DNA from: a virus
Lineage: Duplodnaviria > Caudoviricetes
DNA length: 64,000 nucleotides
Direction: 5' to 3' (one strand)
Virus record (IMG/VR): IMGVR_UViG_3300032330_000956
Coordinates: 1 to 64,000 of that record
A model generated the notes under the pieces. It was given only the letters and a program-made list of their open reading frames with translations. It had not been told where the DNA came from and did no database searches. Made by a program: the position numbers and the translations under genes. How positions within the stretch are numbered: the first letter of the stretch is position 1; every line of letters begins with the position of its first letter. Positions 1-6,984 of this stretch are shown here, piece after piece.

Positions 1-19
1 ACCATTATGCAACACTCGC
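1..19 (-). tRNA. 5' fragment of a tRNA (probably tRNA-Gly), cut by the window edge
   Basis: Minus strand reads GCGAGTG TT GCAT AATGGT, i.e. acceptor 5' strand, D-stem and a D-loop with GG. A GCG start is typical of tRNA-Gly. The anticodon is outside the window. Confidence 0.5.
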
Positions 20-93
20 AGATGAACAGTTTAAGACACATGTTCAGGTGTGGCTACCACCCTACTTCACATAGGCGGTGTGGTGAAGATTAT
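20..93 (-). ncRNA. Candidate tandem pseudoknot RNA between the transglycosylase stop and the tRNA
   Basis: Stems CTTCAC/GTGAAG and TGAACA/TGTTCA. Each has extra cross-pairing (CCGCCTA with TAGGGTGG; ACAC with GTGT). Confidence 0.4.
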
Positions 94-555
94 TTAGTAC
101 CAACCAGTTCTATAAGAATGGCTCAGTGCGGAACAAGGACTTCCATATCTTTGTGAGATATAACGAAGACCCCATTTGATTTGGACTTGTGGGTCACTGT
201 ACCAATTTTTTCCTGCGCTTGCCATTTTATTTCCTGGGAGGGCTTGTGGAATACCATGAGCACCAGATGGATTATGAGCATTAACTCTCCATCCGCTTTC
301 TCTATTCCACAGAGTAACTAAACAATTGTATTGACTTCCGCACCAACCATATACACTAGACATATAAGTCTGTGCAAATCGCTTATTATAAGCAGGTTGA
401 GCATAAGGCAATCTTTTATAACTACGAGAAATTTGTTTAATCCCGCATTTTTGTCTTTCATTAGCTTTGGCTTGATTCTGGGCTGTTGGTAGCGATACGA
501 GTAAACTCGTAAGAAGCGCAACTGCGGGAATCATAACCTTGGTTTTGAATCGCAT
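94..555 (-). CDS. Secreted lytic transglycosylase (SLT/lysozyme-like, actinobacterial type)
   Basis: N-terminal signal-like segment; motif CLVTLWNRESGW...SGAHGIPQALPG...QIKWGLRYISQRYGSPC with catalytic Glu (RES). Confidence 0.88.
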   Translation of the reverse strand: MRFKTKVMIPAVALLTSLLVSLPTAQNQAKANERQKCGIKQISRSYKRLPYAQPAYNKRFAQTYMSSVYGWCGSQYNCLVTLWNRESGWRVNAHNPSGAHGIPQALPGNKMASAGKNWYSDPQVQIKWGLRYISQRYGSPCSALSHSYRTGWY

Positions 556-561
556 TATTCT

Positions 562-590
562 AGTGTACTCTATTTATTTTTGTTTGTCAA
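562..590 (-). promoter_or_regulatory. Sigma70/SigA promoter, leaderless start of the transglycosylase
   Basis: TTGACA (585-590), N17, TACACT (562-567), then 6 nt to the ATG at 555. Confidence 0.8.
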
Positions 591-598
591 GGATCTAG

Positions 599-671
599 CA
601 CCCCATGAGAGATTCGAACTCCCAACCTAATCGGTAGAAACGATTTGCTCTGTCCCTTGAGCTAATGGGGC
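599..671 (-). tRNA. tRNA-Arg(TCT)
   Basis: GCCCCAT/ATGGGGT acceptor; anticodon arm AATCG-TTTCTAC-CGATT; T-loop GTTCGAAT; CCA not encoded. Confidence 0.95.
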
Positions 672-675
672 TTAG

Positions 676-756
676 TACGAACGGCGGGATTCGAACCCGC
701 AAGCCATAAGGCAATTGATTTTAAGTCAATCGTGTATGCCGTTCCACCACGCTCGC
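676..756 (-). tRNA. tRNA-Leu(TAA)
   Basis: GCGAGCG/CGTTCGT acceptor; anticodon arm ATTGA-CTTAAAA-TCAAT; long variable arm; GGG-TTCGAAT-CCC T-arm. Confidence 0.95.
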
Positions 757-787
757 AAACACAAATAAGGCTTATTTGTATGATACA

Positions 788-816
788 AATATACCCTATT
801 TAATAATTTCTGTCAA
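788..816 (-). promoter_or_regulatory. Promoter of the tRNA-Leu/tRNA-Arg pair
   Basis: TTGACA (811-816), N17, TATATT (788-793). A 9-bp inverted repeat ACAAATAAG/CTTATTTGT (761-779) lies in the leader. Confidence 0.65.
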
Positions 817-845
817 GGATTATAGAGTAATCCTTGTGGGATTGT

Positions 846-1295
846 TTATCCCCAGCCCCATTCAAATGAAGCTTTTAATTGCCATGCCCAAAATTGGTGT
901 TGTGAGATACGGGCTGCAACATCATTGCAAATACCCTGCTCGTTTAATTCATTGGCTTTGTCAAAAAGGGCAACAATACTATCTAATACCGTTTGATTTG
1001 TCTTATATAACTCTTGCAACATAGCATAAGGCTTGAGATCTAATGTATCATCAAGCTCGACATCTGACAATCTTGCCATATTCACTGCACCAAATGGTGC
1101 ATATTTACCAATCTTACGCTGCATTTCTGCATAGAGATCAATTGATTCAAATACATCTTCATAAATTTCTAAAAAGAATGCATGAAATTGCTTAAAATGT
1201 GGACCAACCACATTCCAGTGGTATCCATGTGTTTGAGAATACATTTGAAATGCATTTGCTTGCGCTTTACGAAGTAATAAGGCTAATTCATCCAT
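846..1295 (-). CDS. dps: Dps / ferritin-like DNA-protection protein
   Basis: HGYHWNVVGPHFKQFHAFFLEIYEDVFESIDLYAE ferroxidase signature; 149 aa. Confidence 0.9.
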   Translation of the reverse strand: MDELALLLRKAQANAFQMYSQTHGYHWNVVGPHFKQFHAFFLEIYEDVFESIDLYAEMQRKIGKYAPFGAVNMARLSDVELDDTLDLKPYAMLQELYKTNQTVLDSIVALFDKANELNEQGICNDVAARISQHQFWAWQLKASFEWGWG

Positions 1296-1310
1296 ATATC
1301 TATTATACCT
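1296..1310 (-). promoter_or_regulatory. Leaderless promoter of dps
   Basis: AGG-TATAAT-AGATAT-ATG; -10 box at 1302-1307. Confidence 0.65.
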
Positions 1311-1447
1311 TATCTTCCACCAGAACGCTTCTTATAACCAGTCTTACGCTTGTTCATAGATCCTGGAGTATTAAAACCAGTTTTATTTGGAGTATTTTTA
1401 ATTCTAATTTCTAAGGCTTCTTTAACCTTGTCGTGATGTTTTCCCAT
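1310..1447 (-). CDS. Small basic hypothetical protein (45 aa, MGKHHDK...)
   Basis: AGGAG RBS before the ATG at 1447. The ORF-track start at 1498 runs through a hairpin and is probably too long. Confidence 0.7.
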   Translation of the reverse strand: MGKHHDKVKEALEIRIKNTPNKTGFNTPGSMNKRKTGYKKRSGGR

Positions 1448-1467
1448 TACTCTCCTATTGTAAAAGA

Positions 1468-1500
1468 AGATGAGGCTAGTCGTGAGATATAGCCTCATCT
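1468..1500 (-). terminator. 11-bp perfect hairpin followed by TCTTTT (terminator or attenuator)
   Basis: AGATGAGGCTA (1468-1478) and TAGCCTCATCT (1490-1500); TGA-TATAAT at 1509-1517 just upstream. Confidence 0.6.
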
Positions 1501-1549
1501 TATGCTTTATTATATCATTCCAAGAATAATATGTAAAACTTTTTATTTT

Positions 1550-1777
1550 TTATTCTGAATCTGAATTACTAAATGCAGAATTAATTTCTTTTTTGCTAAG
1601 AATACCATCTTCAATATAAGCTCTTGCTAATCTTTCTAAGACTGTTGCTACTCCACTGATTCCCGCCATTCCAGCAGAAATCCAAAAGTTTACGCCAACA
1701 ATAGCACCAGCACCAATGACAGATAAGGCTGTGGCAACAAATACTGCTAATACTCTTTTAACTATATCAATTATCAT
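1550..1777 (-). CDS. Small two-TM membrane protein (holin-like)
   Basis: Two hydrophobic segments and a charged C-terminus; ATGA overlap with the upstream gene. Confidence 0.7.
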   Translation of the reverse strand: MIIDIVKRVLAVFVATALSVIGAGAIVGVNFWISAGMAGISGVATVLERLARAYIEDGILSKKEINSAFSNSDSE

Positions 1778-1965
1778 TCCTTTTCCTCCTTATCGTTATT
1801 TTCTCTTATTCCCATAGAAAGAAGCCAAATTATTAATGACCATACGATTGCATAGCCAACAACAGTTTTAGCACTTCCTTCAAGAACTACCCAAGCAATA
1901 AACATACCCAAAAGAGTAAATGTTTGGTTTAATATTTCACGAAATTTATCTACTATCCATTTCAT
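1774..1965 (-). CDS. Small two-TM membrane protein
   Basis: Two hydrophobic helices and an acidic tail; ATGA-coupled on both sides. Confidence 0.7.
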   Translation of the reverse strand: MKWIVDKFREILNQTFTLLGMFIAWVVLEGSAKTVVGYAIVWSLIIWLLSMGIRENNDKEEKE

Positions 1966-3044
1966 TTTTTAATCACCCTCCCCACCACGCTAGTTGTTGA
2001 TAAAATATGTGCAGCAATAACTGAAGCAACAACAACCTTTTGAGATTCTTTTCTGACTTTTGGTGTCATATCGGCACCAATATTAGCAACGGCTGTCAAG
2101 GCTTGTCCTGGATTTGTAAATATTGCGGATACTACTGCAGATGGGCTATCAAAAATTTGAATAGCATCAGCAACATTGGCAGTCAATACCACGCCGTTAG
2201 GCAAACTAATTAAAGTTTCTGGAGGGAGATCGGCATATGTTAATCCTAATGTGTCAAGGCTTTCTGTAGTTACCGCTTCTCCTGGGATTAAATTGTCTAA
2301 TATTGACTGAACTTTTACATCTGTGGTATCATTTATGGATGGAGTTTTTTCTGGAGAAGGAGTGTCAATTGGTGTCGGAAATTCCGATGGAGTTGGAACT
2401 GCTTCTGGAGACGAAACAACTGGCTCTGGAGTTACGATTGGAGTTAAAATCGGTTCTGGAGTCTTTGAAAAAATTGGAGAAGGAGTAGGAACTGGTGTTA
2501 AAAAAGATTTTGAAGGGGTTGGGGACGGCGTTACTTGTTCTGTCCTTGACGGTGATGGCACAACTGTTGGCGTTGGGCTTGGTGTGGGTTCTGGCGAACT
2601 GGTTTGTGTCTGGCTGGGACTAGGTTCTACAGTAAATGTAGGACTTGGCTCTATTGTGGGTGTCGGACTGGGAGTTGCAACATATACATAATGCACATAG
2701 ACATTTAATCTTTTATAAATTCCATAGCAAGGATCTCCAAAAATACTATTGGATGCGGGTATTTCAGCATAGTTATTATCAAAAATATAATCTTCGACTA
2801 TTGATTCTGAATCTTCTGCGTCACACCAAGATAATTCTAATTGTTCTGGTGTTCCATAACTGGCAAACTCTACATAATCAAATACTGCTCCCTCTGGAGC
2901 TTGCAAAATCAAAGTATCATTTTCTGGAACACTAGAAAAAATCATTTGAGAATCGTCAGCAAATGCTGGAGAGAAAATAAAAATAAAAGATACTAATATG
3001 ACTGGTAACAGACCAATAATACTTAGTATCTTTTTTCTTTTCAT
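1962..3044 (-). CDS. Exported membrane protein: signal peptide, SUEL/galactose-rhamnose lectin-like domain, Pro/Thr/Ser stalk, C-terminal anchor
   Basis: MKRKK + hydrophobic core + AFA-D cleavage site; YASYGTP...C...SNSIFGDPCYGIYKRLNV lectin motif; ~120 aa of PTPT/PSPT repeats; hydrophobic C-terminal segment followed by RVIKK. Confidence 0.75.
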   Translation of the reverse strand: MKRKKILSIIGLLPVILVSFIFIFSPAFADDSQMIFSSVPENDTLILQAPEGAVFDYVEFASYGTPEQLELSWCDAEDSESIVEDYIFDNNYAEIPASNSIFGDPCYGIYKRLNVYVHYVYVATPSPTPTIEPSPTFTVEPSPSQTQTSSPEPTPSPTPTVVPSPSRTEQVTPSPTPSKSFLTPVPTPSPIFSKTPEPILTPIVTPEPVVSSPEAVPTPSEFPTPIDTPSPEKTPSINDTTDVKVQSILDNLIPGEAVTTESLDTLGLTYADLPPETLISLPNGVVLTANVADAIQIFDSPSAVVSAIFTNPGQALTAVANIGADMTPKVRKESQKVVVASVIAAHILSTTSVVGRVIKK

Positions 3045-3079
3045 CCTTAATCCTAGGTCGAAATTTATCCGACAGGACC

Positions 3080-3088
3080 ATTATATCA
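3080..3088 (-). promoter_or_regulatory. Extended -10 promoter of the lectin/membrane operon
   Basis: TGA-TATAAT, 36 nt upstream of the ATG at 3044. Confidence 0.6.
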
Positions 3089-3096
3089 CAAATTAG

Positions 3097-3612
3097 TTAT
3101 TGATTACTGTAACCATAACCAGATTGATTTCCATAGCCAGCAGTTGGCTTGCCATCTTTTTGTGGTGGAGTGTTGTATGTAGAGTTATATCTAGCATCCT
3201 GAGATGCAGAACCCATTACTGGTGCAAAGGATCCATTCCAAAATGATAGTGCGGGAATTCCTTCTTCAGTAATTCCTTTTTCCTCATACCCGTCAACTTG
3301 CACAACAAGAGCTTCTAATGCTGCTCTTGCTTCTTTTTCTGTAGAATATGATCCGACAACTTGAGCATTATTTTCTTTACATACCGCCCATTTACCTTGA
3401 GCATCTGGCACGTTGTATTCAATATAAAAAGGTGTTTTAGCACCGTGACCAAATTGCATTTTTTTAACATCCTTTACATTAGCGTAAAGCGCAGCAAGGT
3501 GCGCTTTCGCATCTTTCTCAGTTTTGTGGCAAGTGATAATCTTACCTGTTGCATCTAATACAACAGCGTATCCCGAACAACCCTTTGCTTTGTTTGAAAT
3601 GTGCCAAGGCAT
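3097..3612 (-). CDS. Hypothetical protein with a duplicated small domain
   Basis: Two related units (PWHI...GYAVV...HKTEKDAKAHLAAL and PFYI...KWAVC...YSTEKEARAALEAL) plus a low-complexity tail. Confidence 0.7.
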   Translation of the reverse strand: MPWHISNKAKGCSGYAVVLDATGKIITCHKTEKDAKAHLAALYANVKDVKKMQFGHGAKTPFYIEYNVPDAQGKWAVCKENNAQVVGSYSTEKEARAALEALVVQVDGYEEKGITEEGIPALSFWNGSFAPVMGSASQDARYNSTYNTPPQKDGKPTAGYGNQSGYGYSNQ

Positions 3613-3615
3613 ATT

Positions 3616-4026
3616 TTACTCTGGTAACTTTTTCATGGTTAGTTCTACATCATTGTACATGGAAGCCCAACCGAGTGGCTGTACTCCCCAATTTTTCTTA
3701 AACCAAGTTAATGGAACTTCTCCAACAAAATCATTCTTTGGAGAATCTGTACCAATTACAAACCCCTTTTTGTCGGATTGAATTACAACGTGTCCAAATT
3801 TTCCAATGTTAAAAAAGATTGGAGCACCAATAGGTGCATTTTCAAAGTCTGTATGACGATGTGCTGCTGGAATATGATTCCAAGAATCAATTGCTGATGC
3901 ATACTTTACTGGTAAGCCCCAAGCATTTTGACAAGTCTTGTGGCACCAACCTTGAAAACCCGCAATTCCAATATGCTTACGCATATTTTTAAGAGCCTGA
4001 ATGCCATTAAGTTTACTCTTAGCCAT
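3616..4026 (-). CDS. Cys/His cell-wall amidase/endopeptidase (CHAP/NlpC-like)
   Basis: GWCHKTCQNAWG and GAPIFFNIGKFGHV motifs; adjacent to the M23 peptidase. Confidence 0.7.
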   Translation of the reverse strand: MAKSKLNGIQALKNMRKHIGIAGFQGWCHKTCQNAWGLPVKYASAIDSWNHIPAAHRHTDFENAPIGAPIFFNIGKFGHVVIQSDKKGFVIGTDSPKNDFVGEVPLTWFKKNWGVQPLGWASMYNDVELTMKKLPE

Positions 4027-4027
4027 A

Positions 4028-4462
4028 TTATGCCTCTAGAAGAGCTTTGGGGTCAACGTGACCGTCCCAAGCCCAATTTGCAGACTTCTGAACTTCAAAG
4101 TGTAAGTGCTCGCCAGTTGTGTTTCCATCTTCTGGATGCCCTGGTCGCCCACCTGATTCACCAATGTGCTGACCTTTTGTAACTTTGTCTCCAACTTTAA
4201 CAAGAGCCTTCATTAGATGAGCATAGATAGACCAATACTTTTTGCCATTGATTGAAGACTCAACAATAACTGAATGTGCGCCGAATGCTGCACCCCAAGT
4301 ACCAATTCCTACAACTTTTCCACCTGTTGCTGCAAGTACATCGGTACCTGCTTTACAAGGAAAGTCTACTCCCTTGTGAATTCCATGAGACCAAGAGTCT
4401 CCCTTTTTTCCATAAGGTGTTCCCACCTTACCACCTTTAATTGGTAATGCCATTTGCATCAC
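4028..4462 (-). CDS. M23 family zinc peptidase (endolysin-type)
   Basis: HKGVD (HxxxD), YAHL, V.VGD.V..GQ.IG and HLHFEV (HxH) motifs. Confidence 0.92.
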   Translation of the reverse strand: MMQMALPIKGGKVGTPYGKKGDSWSHGIHKGVDFPCKAGTDVLAATGGKVVGIGTWGAAFGAHSVIVESSINGKKYWSIYAHLMKALVKVGDKVTKGQHIGESGGRPGHPEDGNTTGEHLHFEVQKSANWAWDGHVDPKALLEA

Positions 4463-4495
4463 TCCTTTTATTTTATGTAAGCTTTCGCCCTAATA

Positions 4496-4504
4496 ATTAT
4501 AACA
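4496..4504 (-). promoter_or_regulatory. Extended -10 promoter of the M23/amidase genes
   Basis: TGT-TATAAT; AAGGAG RBS downstream. Confidence 0.55.
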
Positions 4505-4510
4505 CAATAA

Positions 4511-4625
4511 GGGGTTGCAAGCACGAGCAGAAATTCAACAGCACATAAAATGTCTGGACTATCTGTGCCCCAACTGGGACTCTTACCATAAGTAACTACA
4601 CCACCCTAAGAAAGTGCTTGCAACC
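4511..4625 (-). ncRNA. Candidate ~115-nt structured ncRNA of unknown family
   Basis: Closed by a perfect 12-bp stem GGTTGCAAGCAC (4614-4625 paired with 4513-4524); internal hairpins; its 5' G is 6 nt downstream of a consensus promoter. Confidence 0.7.
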
Positions 4626-4631
4626 AATATC

Positions 4632-4660
4632 ATTGTACTAAATAATACTAAAGTTGTCAA
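4632..4660 (-). promoter_or_regulatory. Near-consensus promoter of the candidate ncRNA, embedded in the terL 3' end
   Basis: TTGACA (4655-4660), N17, TACAAT (4632-4637). Confidence 0.8.
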
Positions 4661-6470
4661 TAAACCCTTGTTGTTCATCATCTGAAACATCTGCTGACAA
4701 ATAGTTTCTGATATTGTCTGGCATAAAGTTTCTTTCTGGCATCTTAATAACATTTGGATTATTTTCAAAAGCTTCTTCTTCTGTTTCTCTATGATAAGAA
4801 GTATAATCATAGATTTTAACCTCTTGATTTAAATTTCTAGCGGTACCCGCCACAGCATTGTAGATAGCCCCACAAACAGCGTCAGACAGATCCTTAGAGC
4901 CTTTACGGGGGTGATCGACCTTATCTTTGATAATTCTTAATTGTAGCAATTCCTCAATTAACAAATTAATCTTTGGTCCAACAAGCCTTTCTTCTACCAC
5001 AACTAACTGCATGTCATCATAATGCTTTTTAGCCACAGAAAGAATTTCAGACTTCATTCCGTAAGCAATCATTTGTTGCATCATATCATGGGAGTTCCAT
5101 CTATCGAATGTAACTAATTTAATATTAAATCCACGATGACGCAATTCTAAAATATAATCTCTTACATCCGCAAAGTCAACAGACTTATCTTTTGTTGGTG
5201 TCCACCATCTTACTGCATCTACTACAACTTTTGGAGATGCTTCTTTCATCTGTCCCGCAATTTTCATAGTTACCCAATGGTCAATATGTGCTAAGGCAAC
5301 TGCACAGTGGTCATGTTTTTGGGCAAGGTCAACGTGAACAAAGTATTCTTTTTCTTCATCTGGTACAAAATGGTTCTCAAAAGAACCAGTTTCATCTACA
5401 CCATTTTTCTGAACAAAAGCTGCTTCAACTTTTTCACGAGATTTAAAGAATGCATCTACTGCATCTGGTGGCATACAAGCAAAACGAGAAAGAGAGTCGA
5501 TTGGGTCATCATAAAAAGCTTGAGCTAAATCTTCAATTTTAATAGTTGGGTTAATTTCCCAAGTTGGTCGTTTTAATGCAAAAACTTTTTGTGTATTGTA
5601 ATGGGTAATATGATCTTCTTCCCATTCAATTGTAAATTCATTTTCTTTAATGCCATCTGGCAATTCAATATCTTTTTTAAAAGTATGAGATCTTACAATA
5701 ATTTCTTTTTCCGCTACAACGTGGTTATATCTTTGTTGGATGTAGTCATTTTTAAAGCGGGGGAATGAAAGAAGAATAATTTTTCCAACACTTGGAAAAC
5801 GAGATGTTACAGACTGACGGTACATCTTATAAATAGCCTCAGCAGTTTTTGCACCTGCGTGACCAGACGTAGATTCAAGCTCAAAGCCCGAAATCTCATC
5901 AAGAATGACCATAATAACATTGTAACCCTCCCAAGATTCTCTTTGAGAGTGACCAGAGTGTACTGTAATAGATTTAGGAAATGTAATAGATGCAACTTTA
6001 TCATCATATTTACCTGCAAACCAAGGACAATTCTTAATTCTTTTTAAGAAACCGCCGAAGAAAACTTTTTTAGCCTGTTCAGCGTTAATAGCGATATTGA
6101 TAATGTCAATAGCATCGTCTGTTGGTTTTCCAAAATATCGAGCAGGATCGTTTAGGCACAATAATAAATAAACAATGTAGGCACAAGCAATAGTAGAAAC
6201 ATAGTCCTTACCAGAACCTTTTCCTAGTTGGAAAATAACTTCTGTACAAGTTTGCTTGTGTCTTTTCAATCCCTCTTCTTCACCATATAATTGAATAAGA
6301 GTTTCTAATTTATAAACCTGAGTTGATGCTTTAATCATTGTGTACTGATTTTGTGAAAGTGGGGGCAATCCTAAGAAATCTTTACTTGTCACAAATTCTT
6401 CAATGTCTACAGGAACTTCCTCAAATACATCATCATCTAATGCACTAAGAAATTCATCAAACTCAAACAT
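4638..6470 (-). CDS. terL: Terminase large subunit
   Basis: Walker A GKGSGKD; Walker B VMVILDE; nuclease motifs VHVDLA and HPRKGSKDLSDAV. Confidence 0.95.
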   Translation of the reverse strand: MFEFDEFLSALDDDVFEEVPVDIEEFVTSKDFLGLPPLSQNQYTMIKASTQVYKLETLIQLYGEEEGLKRHKQTCTEVIFQLGKGSGKDYVSTIACAYIVYLLLCLNDPARYFGKPTDDAIDIINIAINAEQAKKVFFGGFLKRIKNCPWFAGKYDDKVASITFPKSITVHSGHSQRESWEGYNVIMVILDEISGFELESTSGHAGAKTAEAIYKMYRQSVTSRFPSVGKIILLSFPRFKNDYIQQRYNHVVAEKEIIVRSHTFKKDIELPDGIKENEFTIEWEEDHITHYNTQKVFALKRPTWEINPTIKIEDLAQAFYDDPIDSLSRFACMPPDAVDAFFKSREKVEAAFVQKNGVDETGSFENHFVPDEEKEYFVHVDLAQKHDHCAVALAHIDHWVTMKIAGQMKEASPKVVVDAVRWWTPTKDKSVDFADVRDYILELRHRGFNIKLVTFDRWNSHDMMQQMIAYGMKSEILSVAKKHYDDMQLVVVEERLVGPKINLLIEELLQLRIIKDKVDHPRKGSKDLSDAVCGAIYNAVAGTARNLNQEVKIYDYTSYHRETEEEAFENNPNVIKMPERNFMPDNIRNYLSADVSDDEQQGFIDNFSII

Positions 6471-6984
6471 CTACAGGTTCGACCTTTCCAGTAACTTCAG
6501 ACAATCTACGAGCAACCTCAAATTTACAATGGTCGCAAGACGCTGTTACTGATTTAAGAATGTTTACAAGGATCTCTTGTTTTCTTTCTGTTTCTAGTAA
6601 TTGATCTGCCAATTCATTATTTTCTAGCAGTCCCGCTTTCTGCAGCATATCAATTCTTTTGCCCTCAACATCAGCAATAAGCTTTAGAGTCTGAGCTTTA
6701 ATATTTAATTGATCGTTTGCGTCTGCTTGCTCTACAGTTTCCCAAGCACGATTAATAATCATTGCGTAATGTTGATCTGTAGCAGCAAGTGCTTCTTTTG
6801 CTCTTTCACGAATACTGCTGTCGCCCTTAACAAGGCTTTTCCAAGTATCTAGATGCTCTAAGACTTCTGTTCTTTTAATTCCAAGTTGTCGTGCAATTGC
6901 TGTGGGATTATTGCCCTTTAGCATTTCTTCCACAACATTATTCATTTGATCAAATTTATTAGCAACTTCAATTTCAGTTGACAT
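6463..6984 (-). CDS. terS: Probable terminase small subunit (HTH plus helical domain)
   Basis: N-terminal HTH (NPTAIARQLGIKRTEV); immediately upstream of and overlapping terL. Confidence 0.6.
   Translation of the reverse strand: MSTEIEVANKFDQMNNVVEEMLKGNNPTAIARQLGIKRTEVLEHLDTWKSLVKGDSSIRERAKEALAATDQHYAMIINRAWETVEQADANDQLNIKAQTLKLIADVEGKRIDMLQKAGLLENNELADQLLETERKQEILVNILKSVTASCDHCKFEVARRLSEVTGKVEPVDV

Noticed and set aside
2303-2935. Plus-strand ORFs (including the Gly/Val-rich 2323..2691)
   Set aside because: These are antisense shadows of the Pro/Thr repeat gene, with no RBS or independent motifs.
4583-4810. 75-aa ORF spanning the terL end and the ncRNA
   Set aside because: Alternative-frame overlap with terL, no RBS. 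The region is better explained by the promoter and RNA structure.
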